Source of the DNA: Vicugna vicugna
Taxonomy: Eukaryota
Reading direction: 5' to 3'
NCBI GenBank assembly: GCA_013265495.1
Contig: MU057880.1
Coordinates: 372,001-436,000 of the forward strand
Length of the DNA stretch: 64,000 bases
Shown here: in pieces, positions 49,260 through 61,178 of the stretch
Layout of the letters: each line of letters opens with the position of its first letter
How positions within the stretch are numbered: position 1 is the first letter of the stretch
Notes under the pieces: generated by a model
What the model was told of the DNA's origin: nothing
What the model saw: only the letters and a program-made list of their open reading frames with translations
Database searches by the model: none
Translations under genes and position numbers: made by a program

Positions 49260-50232
49260 GTTTTAAATTGAATTGTAATTGACTTACAATATTATGTTAA
49301 TTTCAGGTGGACAACATAGTGATTTAATATTCTTATAGATTATACTCCATATAAAGTTATTGTAAAATGTTGCCTATCTTCCCTGCACTGTACACAACAT
49401 CCTTTCATCTTACTTGTTTTACACCTAGTAGTTCGGACCTCTTAATCCTCTTCCTCACTCTTCCTCCCTCCACCCCTCATCCCACTGATAACCATTAGTT
49501 TGTCCTCTGTATCTGTGAGTCTGTTTCTGTGTCATTATAGCTGCTCATTTGTTTTATTTTTTAGATTCCACATAAAAGTGAAAACGTACACTGTTTTTCT
49601 CTGTCTGACTTACTTCTCTAAGCGTAGTACCCTCCAGTTCCATCCATGTCATTGCAAATGGCAGAATTTCATTCTCTTTTATGACTGAGTAGTATTCCAT
49701 TGTATATATACACATCTTTATCCACTCATCTGTTGATGGACACTTAGGTTGCTTCCAATTCTTGACAATTATAAACAGTGCTGCTATGAACACTGGGGTG
49801 CATGTATCTTTTCCAATTAGTGTTTGCATTTTCTCAGATATATACCCAGGAGTGGAATTTATGGTCATACGGTAGTTCTATTTTTAACTTTTGAGGAACC
49901 TCCATACTGGTTTCCACAGTGGCTGCACCAATTTACATTCCCACCAACAGTGTAGGAGGGGTCCCCCTTCTCCACATCCTCACCAGCATTTGTTATTTGT
50001 GGTCTTTTTGATGACGGCCATTCTGTCATGTGTGAGATGGTACCTATACCTCATTGTGGTTTCAATTTGCATTTCCCCGATGACTAGCCATGTGGAGCAC
50101 CTTTCCATGTGCCTGTTGGCCATCTGTACGTCTTCTTTGGAGAAATGCCTATTCAGGTCACCTGCCCATTTTTAAATCAGATTGTTTGGGGTTTTTGATA
50201 TTGAGTTGTATGAATTCTTTATATATTTTGAT
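49260..50232 (-). mobile_element. L1 ORF2 C-terminus plus 3'UTR
   Basis: ORF 49554-49868 DTCTPVFIAALFIIVKNWKQPKCPSTDEWIK...ILPFAMTWMELEG. Confidence 0.93.
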
Positions 50233-51409
50233 GACAGAGGTCATGGCGATGTTTTGGGGTCTGTCTCCTCAGGAAAGCCTCTCACTGTGCTAAGCGGAGG
50301 AACTGGGATGTGATGTCTGCCCAGTTACTGGCTAGTAAGTAGTTCTTTCTTTCTTCCCTGCGATGCAGTTCTTAGTAAATGACAAAGTCTTATTTTAAAT
50401 TCTGAACCCATTTTCTTAATTTCTCCCAAACTAGTGATTACTAATTACATCCCTTTGAAAATCTTCCTGGCCCGTGCAGGCATCAAACACCCATAACCGC
50501 CTTAGCATCGAATTCTATGAGCCACCTGAGCTGCTCGTTCCAGACCGTCTGCACAAATGCAGTTCTGGAAACTGAGTAAACCAAAGAAGACTCGCGTAGC
50601 TCTGAAGATGGGATGCGAAGATGTCATTGGCACAGCAATTCCAAAATTTTGTGGTGAGGAATGAATGAAGCAGAAATCACCTTAGACATCCAGAGAATCC
50701 GCAGACTAGAAAGTAGGAGAAATGGAACAGAAGGGCAGATGTATTCATGTCATTCTTGTCTACTGATTTTTCCCCTGTTCATTAATTTTTAAAGATTTTA
50801 AAGCAGAAGTGAATTCTCTGCAAAGAAATTAAACATTATAAGCGTCAGTTTAACTGAGGATAATTAATAACTTATATTAACAGCTATGCACCCCATAGCA
50901 GTGGTTCACTAAACTCATACTTTATTTTAAACCATCACCAGCCATAGACTTCTGCCCCACTAGAAATCCCAGAAGATGAGTGAGTTGCTTTCAGATGAAC
51001 ATTTCATAGTCAGGTTCCAATAGCCAACTGGAGGCGAAGATCTAAAAACATAACTAAGAAGCAGCCCATTGTTATGGTTTCTAAATTTGGATTCCGTTTG
51101 GAAGGCTGTAATAGTAAGAGCAACTGTCACCTGACACCTCTGGTGTGAAGTAATGTTCTGTAAGCTTTACAAGAGCAGGAAGCCAGCCTGCCTCTCCCCG
51201 GAGTCTAACGCCCCAGCACAAGGCAGATACTCAGGGAGCATTTGTGGATTTGATGAATAAATAACGTCTTAAAAGATTAGCCCTGGGATACTCCGAGTTT
51301 TTGCCATCATTTCAAAGTAAGCCCAGGTCTTTTGAATCAAGCAGCCGCCAGACCAAGCTCTTCCCTTTGTGGTTTAGAAATGGAGCGTCTCTGCACAGCA
51401 CTTAGAGCT

Positions 51410-51910
51410 GTCACGACCCCGGGGACCAGATGGCTCCCTCCTCTGTAACACTTGCCTCCCGGGGCGGACAGCCTGACGACATGGGACTGGCACTGTTTCC
51501 TCTCAGTTCTTCATAACTACAGTCAAGGCCTCCCGCAGGTGATACTTTTTGGAGCACGCACGCTCTAAATAGCGCCCACGAGATGAACATTTGAGCGGTC
51601 GGGAGAATTTTGAAGCAGAGGAAAGTCCCCCAAGCTTCCCAGTGATGTGGTTTAAAATATTCCCAGAAAGCCGTCAGTGCTGACACACAGGTCAATACCC
51701 ATTTCTCTAGGCTGGGCTCCCCACGCCACCGAGAATGGCAGCTGCCACGCCTGCCTGAGTGCCGGACTCGAGTCGCAGGGTGGGGCTGGGCTGCTCCCGC
51801 CCAGCGGCCCAGGGGAGCGGGCGGCCGCGGCCGCGGGCTGGCTTCCCGGGCACGCCGGCCCCCCGCCGCTGCTCACCCGGCAGCCTACCTCACCCATGAG
51901 CGTGGTCAAG
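51410..51910. promoter_or_regulatory. CpG-rich, GC-rich patch (possible promoter/first exon)
   Basis: Core about 51720-51890 (gcgggcggccgcggccgcgggctggcttcccgggcacgccggccccccgccgc); minus-strand donor-like motifs at its right edge. Confidence 0.55.
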
Positions 51911-52320
51911 CTTGCTTGGGAAGAAGTAGTTCAAACCCTAATTACTGGTCAGTTCAGAATGTCCATCTTTTTGTAAAGGAGTCCATCATTTTTCAGGTCA
52001 ACTTGAAGACCGGGGACAGAACCGATGTCACTGTTTCACCGTGTCTGTCTCCAAAGGTGGTGCACTGACCATTGCTCCCGGGACAGCCCTGTTTGGCCTC
52101 CCGAAGCCGTCTGGGCCAAGGCTGTGTAGATCCTGTAGGTCTTCGCATGGTCTGTGTCTCTCTGTCCCGTGCTCGCTCACCTGAGCCCTTGTCTTCGTTT
52201 CAGTGATGCTGGAAACTGCTGTGACTTTCAGGCAAAATTTAGAGCAGATCACAGGGTCTATGACTTAGTGATGTGGGGTCCCAGCTGCTTTCAATCAAAT
52301 TTGGGGGAGTTTTAGATAGT

Positions 52321-52322
<2 letters not shown>

Positions 52323-52358
<36 letters not shown>
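52323..52358. repeat. (TG)n microsatellite
   Basis: About 17-18 uninterrupted GT units. Confidence 0.97.
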
Positions 52359-52360
<2 letters not shown>

Positions 52361-53159
52361 AAGGAAGTTCAGGGGGAAGGGATGGACAATTGTCAAAATA
52401 ACTTAAACAGATCTTTAACAAATACTGCATTTTTAACAAATGCTCTCTGTCTGAGTGACAGACAACAGCAAGCTTACAAAACCACGGCGAGTCAACGGAA
52501 GGAGCCATAAAACCAACTGTGAGAGTAGAGGAAAAGCAGAGGGGAGCCCGGGACCTCTGCCGTCAGTGAAAACAAGCTGCAGACAAGGACAAAGTCCACT
52601 TCCTTAGCCCCTGAAAGGAAAGTGAAATTTCAGCGCCAAAGGAGGAGGAACTGCCCATTTTGGTCAGCTTAACTTTCTGTTCTTTTTCTCTATTTTGTTT
52701 TTTCAGTGACTATCTTTGTTAAATTACCCATGATTTAAGATGATAGACAGGTAGACAGATAGAGTTAATGTATATGTATTTTAAATCTATGAAAGTTGAG
52801 ATAAAAATTGAGTAATATGCAAACAGGTGTGTTTATACATGCGTATCTATCTGAATAGATGTTATGTACATAATATATACAAAAATCTCATTTTGCCCTT
52901 GCTTTGTTACCTAGATCATTTCCAAGTCTTCTGCAAAATAAATATTTGCCCTCACTTCAGGTTTTGCTCTGGATAATTTAAAATAGCACTTTGGGATTGA
53001 CCAGAAGGGGAAACAGACAGAGGATAAAAGACCTTCAGTAAAAACCCAGGGTCTCTCTCTGGTTAATCTCACCTTAAATCAGCACAGCCATCACCTTCAT
53101 GTCCCCAAGGGGAACAAAACCGATATGACTGCATTCATACATCATTAAGAAAACACACT

Positions 53160-53245
53160 GGGGTTGGGGGTAGAGCTCAGTGGTCGAGTGTGTGCTTAGC
53201 ATGCATGAGGTCCTGGGTTCAATCTCCAGGCCCTCCATTAAATAA
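53160..53245 (+). mobile_element. tRNA-Ala-derived SINE
   Basis: gtagagctcagtggtcgagtgtgtgcttagcatgcatgaggtcctgggttcaatctcc. Confidence 0.9.
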
Positions 53246-53396
53246 ATACATCAATAAATAAATGAAGTTAGCTTTATCTTAAAAAAAAATACAGTGTGTC
53301 CCAGACACATGCTAGTAATAGTGAATGTTTCTGCACTGCTCTAAAGTTCCTCAATTTTCCCTGCACGTGATGGCCAGCAGTCATCCTTACATCCTT

Positions 53397-53675
53397 TTTT
53401 TGTTTGTTTGTTTGCAGTGGAGAGGGAATTAGGTTTATTTGTTTGTTTGTTTTTTCTTTTCCGTTGCTGCTATGAAAATAGAGTTTATTAAAAAACATCC
53501 CTGTTCTTTTTTGAGGAGCTTTCACCATTACCTTGTCTTAAACTAAAAAATAAAGAAAAAAAATAGTACTTGTAAGTATGATTTATTTGGTTTTTCAATG
53601 GAGGTGCAGTGGATCGAACCCAGGACCTTGCGCATGCTAAGCACGTGCTCTGCCGCTAGAGCTGTACCCTCGTCC
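53397..53675 (-). mobile_element. tRNA-Ala-derived SINE carrying a ~120-bp foreign insert
   Basis: TSD tcatccttacatcctt (53381-53396) and tcatcctcacatcctt (53676-53691); head at about 53595-53672, tail at 53397-53460. Confidence 0.88.
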
Positions 53676-54700
53676 TCATCCTCACATCCTTGTGAGAGAG
53701 ATATTCTCAATATTGCACTCAAAATACTGCATTTTTAGAGATGAGGACGTTGAATCACAGAGATGTTTAGTACCTGCCAAGGTCACGTGGCATCTGAGCA
53801 ACAGACAGGTCCGAGGACACAGACGGTGAGCCTGTGGTTTATATGAAGTGGATCATCCAAGGTGGAAAGTAAACATAAATGCATACATCGTCACGAGGAG
53901 AACACTAGGAAGTCTCCCCTGAGCACAGGTGTGTTCTAAGGGTGGTAACCTGTTTTACAGGTTTCTTTGGCAGTTGGCCTGGTAATTATAAGGCATTTGT
54001 TTTCAGGTAATCAATTAAATGGCATATTAGGGAAGTTGTTCAAAACCTGAATATAGTAAATGAAAAAAAGGGAGGTGGGGTGGGGGTGGGAAGCACTAGG
54101 AAATTACACAGCTTCTACCAGGGTTTAATCTGCTTTTTAAAAATGAGTTGCTAGGGGGCCATGATTGTCTCTAACAAGCTTGAATGAGATTTACTGTAAA
54201 AGTGATGGGCAATAAGTAAAAGTGATTTACTCCTTCTGGAACTTCCACAGCCACATCTGTTGCTAAGAAAGCAGGAGTCAGGAAATAGCTCAGAGCTGCC
54301 CTGAAAGGGGTCACTCTGATCCCGGAAAACAAGGAGACGAAGTTTGTCCTCACTGGGAATTACAGACTAGCAGGAAATCAACAAATATTGTTTTAAAATA
54401 TCATGAAAGGGAGGGGCAAGTGCTGAGAAAAAGGAAAGGAAGGGAGGAGACAGGATGCCACGGGGTGCTGTTGTGGGCAGGGTGGGAAAGAGATGTCTCT
54501 GCAGAGGGGACAGTTCCATCAAGACAATAGGAAAATAAAAAACAGAGCACTTCAGAGACATGAGGGAAAAGCAGGTCCAGAGGCCCCGAAATGGGAAGAA
54601 ATAAGAGGGCTGGTGTGGTGGGAGCAGAGTGAGGAGGTATGCAGAAGCCCAGTCCTGGGAGCCTCTCAGCCCACAGGACGGAATTTCATTTCATGATTAA

Positions 54701-55225
54701 TGTACTCAGTGTGGTTCTCCAGAGAAACAGAACCAGGAGGAGATTATATACAGACGTCTGTACATTGACACACACACACACAGAGAAAGATTTTAAGGAA
54801 GAGGCTCGTGTGATTACGGGACTGACAAAATGGACACCAAGGAGAGGCAGTGGTGTGGTTTCCATTCAAATCTGAAGGCCTGATATTCCAGTCCAAAGGC
54901 CAAAGTCTTGAGATCCGGGAAGAGCTGATGGTTCAGATCGAGACTGAAGGCAGGAAAAACAAAAATCAATGTCCCAGCTTGGAATCAGTCAGGCAGGAGG
55001 AATTTCCCCTCCTTATGAAAGGGCCAGCTTTGTGTGCTAGTCAGACCTTCATCTGATTAGATGCAGCCCACCCATATTAGGGAGGGCAGCCTGCTTTCAT
55101 CCATCTACTGATTCAAATGTTAACCTCATCCAGAAACACCTGCACAGACACACCCAGAGTGTTTGGCTAAACGTTTGGGTACCCTATGGCAATTTTAAAT
55201 TGACACAGAAAATGAACTTTCCACT
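54701..55225 (-). mobile_element. MLT2-like ERVL LTR
   Basis: ggttctccagagaaacagaacca...tctactgattcaaatgttaacctcatccagaaacacc...cacagacacacccaga. Confidence 0.85.
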
Positions 55226-55259
55226 GACCAGAGTCACAGAGCATGGTAATTAACACTAA

Positions 55260-55590
55260 GAGACACCCTGCAGGCTGCGGGAGAGACACCACTGTAGAGT
55301 GGGTGCTGATTCAGAACCTCGCCCCAGCCACGCAGGTCCTGCCACCCAGCTGGCACTGTACCTGAGTCTTCAAAAGGCCACTCCAGCATTCTACTGAGCC
55401 GGCTGCTTTGGGGTGGTGGGAGAGTTGCAAGACCAGTGGCGTCCACGAGCACAGACCCACTGCCGCTCTTCATCTGCTGGGAAGTGAGTTTCTGGTTCAG
55501 AAGCAATGCTGTGTGGGACGCTCTTTGACCGAATGTCTGGGCATCCCGTGACCCAGTCAAACAGATGGGTGGATCAAATTAACCATCACA
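55260..55590 (-). mobile_element. ERVL integrase fragment joined to the first ~70 bp of a second MLT2 LTR
   Basis: Minus strand, with frameshifts: VPHSIASEPETHFPADEERQWVCARGRHWS..HPKAAGSVECWSGLLKTQVQCQLG..GWGEVLNQHPLYSGVSP, similar to ERVL integrase HSIASDQGTHF..HPEAAGLIERWNGLLK; tgtgatggttaatt LTR start at 55590. Confidence 0.82.
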
Positions 55591-55599
55591 ATAAGCTAC

Positions 55600-56280
55600 G
55601 GGGTAAGACATCACAGGGTTCTGAGCAGATCATTACATGATCGGGTTACATCTCAGGAGGCTCAGCCTGGCATATGTGCAGAGAACAGAGTAGGGGACGT
55701 AAGAATAAAATCAAGGGGGTTCTGGCAGGAAAGAGCTGATGGCTTGGACCAGAAGGTGGCGGGGGGACAAGGAGTATGTATTTTGAAGGTAGAGTCTACC
55801 AGATGTGGTGATGACTTGTACGTGAGTCGTGAGAGAAGGAAGAGAGTCCATTCCAAGTGTGGGGAGCTGTGGGATTCACTGGTGACCCATGATGCCTGAC
55901 TAACGTAAGGACCACTGTGGCAGGGGGAGAGATTTGGGGAGGAAACTGAGGAGTTTGGTGTTGCATATGTAATAATAAAGATTCCCACTAGAAATCAAGT
56001 GGAGATTTAGAGCAGACAGCTGGATCTGTGAGTTTAGAGATCCAGAAAGACTCCTGGGCTGGAAAGGTAACCTTGGGAGTTCTCAGCCAGCGTACAGTTC
56101 TTTTAAACCCCAGACGTGTACGCAGTAGGAGAAGATGTGTGGAAAACAAAGGAGAGTCCAAAGACTGAGCCTGTGGGTGCTCAAAGGTGAGAAAGAAGCA
56201 GGAGTCAGCAAAGGAGGCTGAGGAGGGATCCACGGTGGGCCTTCTGTGTCCCCAGCTGTCTCTGCTTAGCATGTGTTCTT
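55600..56280 (-). mobile_element. L2 remnant
   Basis: tattttgaaggtagagtc...gaggagtttggtgttgcatatgt...agcagacagctggat...ctgggctgga. Confidence 0.65.
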
Positions 56281-57051
56281 TTAAACAAGAAGGCCCTGAA
56301 CCAAGAGAGGACAGGGCATCTGAGTGAAAGCTGGGGGGGAAGCACACTCTGCCCTCTTTGGAGGAAGGCTTTGGGTGGGATCTGCCTGCCACGGCACAAG
56401 GGGACTCCAGAAGTACGGCCACCCTTGCGGGGACAGGCCTGCGGCGTCTGTCACTCTGCTGCAGTCCGGGAGCCTCCCCTAGGGCGGGGACAGGCCACGC
56501 GCCTCCGGGCAGAACTCTGACCGTCCTTAGGTCTGCTTCCCCCAGAGTCCAACATCCATGCGCATCCCAGAGCAGCTCAAAACGCCAGAGTAAGTCAGCA
56601 AGAGAAACCTTTCTCCGTGGCGCACGAGTGGATTTTCCTGAGTCTTTCCCAAGCTATAAAAAGATATTTCAACAGACAGGAAATAGTTTCCTGATGGACA
56701 CACTGTCTCCTGAGGGAAACTTCAACTTCTCGGGAGTCTTTCCAAGTTTCAGGTTGGCTAGAGAATCATCCCACCGTCCTTGAAAGGCTTCCTGAGACGC
56801 CTTCTCTTGCGTAACTAGCCGTTCAAGTCACAAGCAGCGTGATACGATCCGAACCTGACCTTTTAACGTCATCCAGCCCGTGGGATGTCGCCATCTTTAC
56901 CCCTAACTAGAAACGTTGTTTTAATTAGCTCGGAGAATCAGGCCCAGGTATATTTGGAGATTGTTTTCCCCCAGTAGCTGCTTGTAGTTCAAGTGGCGAA
57001 ATCTTTTCCAATATGTGGTCTGTTTCAAAAAGATCCATTTAACATAGCACG

Positions 57052-57498
57052 TGTATCAGTTCTCTCGCGCTGCAGTAACAAATGACTGCAAATGTAGCGG
57101 CTTAAACAACGCAGGTTTATTCTACGAGGGTTCTGAGATCGGAAGTCTGAACTGATGGGACTGGTTCCTTCTGGAGGGTCCCGGGGAGAATTTGTTCCTT
57201 GTCTTTTCCAGCTTCTTAGAAATCACTGGCTCAGAGCTGCATCACTCCAAATCCTGCTTCTGTCTTCACATCATCTTTTCCCTCCTTGGACTCCTTGTGC
57301 CCCTCTGTGTCCCCTTGAGATTATATTTAGAGCTCACCCACATGATCAGTATAATTTCCTCATTTCAAGATCCTTAACTCCACCACCTCTGTAAAGTCCC
57401 TTTGGCCATATAAAGTAACGGTCGCAGGTCCTAAGAATTAGGAAGCAGATATATCACCGGGGGGGGGGAGGTGGGGAGGGATGTTACAGCCTAACACA
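57052..57498 (-). mobile_element. MaLR LTR (MLT1C-like)
   Basis: tgtatcagtt...ctgcagtaacaaat...ggcttaaacaac...ggttccttctggagg...tcaagatccttaac...cagcctaacaca. Confidence 0.82.
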
Positions 57499-57762
57499 CA
57501 TGGCTTTCATTCATTTTGAACACGTGGACCAGCCCACACTATTTCTTAAAACAATGTCTTGTTTCACACATTACAATACAGGCCCATTGATAAAAACCAA
57601 GTTTCTCTGTCTGCCAGGCAACCTGCACAATCTTAATCTCTCATTTGAAATTCCGTCCTTTACTCTGATTTCCCTCAGTCACTCTCCTCTAGGACCACAA
57701 GACCTCATAACAATAATTCCTTCCTTGTCATGGCCCATTGATCCAGTCCACATGAAAACTAG

Positions 57763-57840
57763 CAATCCCCAGTACCTCCATTAAAAACTAAAAATAAATA
57801 ATAAATATAAATAAAATTAAATTAAAAAAAATAATAATAA
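57763..57840 (+). mobile_element. 5'-truncated tRNA-Ala SINE
   Basis: caatccccagtacctccatt plus A-rich tail only. Confidence 0.75.
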
Positions 57841-58424
57841 CTCCGTATTGACTCACAAAACTGACAGTGCAGGTGTGTGGACAGGCTGAGGCACGGAGGG
57901 AAGCTAGCACCCAGTCACATCTGCAGGAATTTCCCGCTTGCTCCACCTCTTTGATTTGCTGTCTTCTGTTTTATCTCAGGCAAAGGCTGCTGCTTCTAAG
58001 CATTTGCCCACAAATGGCTACCAGAAGGGCCAGGGTGCCAATCGAGCAGCTTGGCAACCCTGGCAGAAGAACACACTGCCTCATTCCTGAAAGTTTGAGC
58101 AAAATTTCCAGAGAGAACTCTCCTGGGCTCAACTGAGGCCATGAGAACATCCATGACACAGTTCCCGTCCCTCATGGGACCTGTGCTCTGACTGGCCAGG
58201 CTGAGTCATGTGCTCTCCTTGAAACCCAGGGTGAGAATACGGTCCAGGTCACATAATGGAGAAAGCTGGTCTCCCTAACCCAAAGAAAGGTGCAATTAAT
58301 AGAAGAAGGAGATGTGGATACGGCCAAACAAAATGATCAAGTCCACTCTATCCGGGTTGGACCTGAGTGGCGCCTTCTACGTGGAGCATGTAATGGTCTC
58401 TGAAGGCAAAGTTACCATTGCCTC

Positions 58425-58482
58425 TTTTTTTTTTTTTTGCATTTTTTTGATTGAAGTACAGTCAGTTTACAGTGTTGTGTCA
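58425..58482 (-). mobile_element. Very short L1 3' terminus
   Basis: Poly(T) then attgaagtacagtcagtttacagtgttgtgtca; TSD-like gcctctt on both sides. Confidence 0.75.
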
Positions 58483-59593
58483 CCGTGGCCTCTTAAAGCC
58501 AGATCCTTCCCCTTGTCCTCGGGCTGCAGTGTGAATCGGTTGTCTGTGGAGTTGCAGATAATACTAGAGTCAGAGGAGAGGGATCTTTTCCCATGCCGAG
58601 GGCTAAATCGTGAAAGGACGATTTTCTCACTAAAATGACCAAATACTCGAGGATTGTAAAACCACATCGCAGAAATCTGAGTCCATAGTCAGATCTGTAA
58701 ATCCTGGGGAAATTTTAAAGAAAAGGAGTAATTCAGTTGTCCAACGGATTGAATAACAACAATGCTAACCTGAGGTGTAGAGCACAGCTCTCTCATTTGC
58801 AGTGAGTCACAGGATGGTAGCAGCTACCGAACCGAACTTTTGATTTTTCAAAACTCTCTTGACTGAATGAACTAAAAAGGGACTAATAAGACTTTCCATT
58901 TCATGGTCTTTAAAGGCTTTTAAAGTTAATTTTCACGAACTAGTCCTTGAAGTTAAAAATTTTATTCTTGAAGTCAAAAATCTAGATAGGGTTTTTGCTC
59001 TTCATCCAAGAGTAGATATGCATTCTTAGTTTGATTTAAATTTTTCTCTTATTTGGAAAAGATGACCCAGAGACATAGGAAAAAAATTTATTACATGGAT
59101 AAAGGGATCTGCAAAATCACAGCGAACACATTTTTTATACTGATAATATGTGTTATTTCTATTATAATGATAGTCTTGGTTTCTCACCTTTCCTTTGTTA
59201 CATGATCGTACCAGGCAGTATAATCAGACAAATGTATGCTGAATTAAGGAGCAAGCATGAAGCGGGTGCTATCCCCCGATTCTCCTGTTTTGAGTGAGAA
59301 TTTTATTGCAGCTTGCCCACTGGAAACAACAAAAAGGGTTTTTTAAATGAGATCATATAAATCACTGAAAAGATAACAAAAATATCTAAACTTGTATTAC
59401 AAAATGAGAATTATGTGCTGTTGTAATTAACTCGACCACATAGGATGAACAATAAAAAATACACCCTGAGATTCTGACATTCCAGCTCTTCCTGGGAACT
59501 GGTCAGACTGTGACACAGTTAAATGTGTTTTATTCTTTTGTGATTGAATTATCTTCTTTCTTGTTTTTGATTTCTTCTCTTTCTTTTTAATTT

Positions 59594-60175
59594 AAGCAAC
59601 CTAAATGTCCAGAGACAGGTGATTGGATGAAGAAAATATAGTATGTATACACACACACACACACACATATATGTGTGTGTGTGTGTGTGTATATATGTAT
59701 ATATACATACAGTGGAACACTACTCAGCCATAAAAAAGAATGAAATCATGCCATTTGCAGCAACATGGATGGACTTACAGATTGTCATACTAAGTGAAGT
59801 AAGTCAGACAAAGACAAGTACCATATGATATCACTTACATATGGAATCTAAAACAATGGCACAAATGAACTTATTTACAAAACAGAAAGAGACTCACAGA
59901 CATAGAAAAGAAACCTATGGTTACCAAAGGGGGAAAGGGAGTGGAGGGATAAATTGAGAGTTTGGGATTAACAGATACACACTATTATATATAAAATATA
60001 TAAACAACAAGGTCCTACTGTATAGCACAGGGAACTATATTCAATAACTTGTAATAACCTACAATGAAAAAGACTATACATGTATATGTCTAACTGAATC
60101 ACTTTGCTGTACACCAGAAACTAACACAACATTGTAAATCAACCGTATTTCAATAAAAAATAAAATAAAATAAAA
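59594..60175 (+). mobile_element. L1 3' end with internal CA/TG microsatellite
   Basis: HYSAIKKNEIMPFAATWMDLQIVILSEVSQT then 3'UTR, aataaa and (TAAAA)n. Confidence 0.93.
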
Positions 60176-60728
60176 TGTTTCTATTCTTTAGCTTACAGTT
60201 GCATCAGGTTGGGACAAATGCAAGGTATTTATTCTCTATCTAAATTATTTTTTAAAGTTTTTTTTCCCTTCAAAGCATTCTGTAAAATTCCTGCAACACC
60301 TGTCTGCCACTGGGAGTGATACATCTCTAGGTAATCACATAAAACCCTAATAAAATAAGGGGATCCTTGTTGCAGCAGGTTTCTGCTCAGAGTTGAATTC
60401 ATAGACATTCCAATCAGGAAGTGAAATGATTTTTAAAGGAATTCCAATATTGTTTGCATACACCAAGTAATAGTGAAAGAGACTCTACTTTAAATCAAAT
60501 CAAGAGACTTCTGAAATGTGTCTCTCCCTCAGTGTGCCTTAAGTCTCTCTCTCCTTGTGACTCCTCACAGTCCCCTCAGATGCTAAACCCACAGTCCTTG
60601 CTGGGGTCCTGCCCACGCACCCTCTGGTCCTCTGCGGCTCAGCCCCTCTTCCAGCCAGTGTGTTATATGGTGAGATTAGCCTCTCGGAATAAACTGCTCA
60701 AAATCTACTTCCACTGACTGTGAGACTA

Positions 60729-60880
60729 GGGGCAGGGTAGAGCTCAGTGGCAGAGTGCCTGCCTAGCATGCATGAGGTCCTGGGTCCAATCCCCAGGACC
60801 TACATTTAAGAAAAGTAAATAAATAAAGCTAATTACCCCCTCCCCTCAAAAAAGAAAAACAAACAGACCGCAACACAAAA
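60729..60880 (+). mobile_element. tRNA-Ala-derived SINE
   Basis: ggggcagggtagagctcagtggcagag...; TSD-like gactgtgagact / gactgggaaact. Confidence 0.9.
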
Positions 60881-61067
60881 GACTGGGAAACTCAGCAGTT
60901 AAGTGAAAACAATCCCCAAGGGGCAAGAGATAGGAGATCCTTTGCAGAGAAAAACAAACTTCTCTAAAGCCAGAGGGAGGTCAATGGGGGAGCAGACGAG
61001 GAATAATATGCAGCCCCAAATCTTGGCCCTCGTGTTTCTATAACTTTCTGCGCTGGCATTGCTTCTT

Positions 61068-61178
61068 TCTTTTTTTTTTTTAATTTAATTTTATTAAAGA
61101 AATATTTGAGGTACTGGGGATTGAACCCAGGACCCCGTGCATGCTAAGCACGTGCTCTACCATGGAAATACCCCCTCC
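61068..61178 (-). mobile_element. tRNA-Ala-derived SINE
   Basis: gaggtactggggattgaacccaggaccccgtgcatgctaagcacgtgctctacc; TSD-like ttgcttctt on both sides. Confidence 0.9.
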
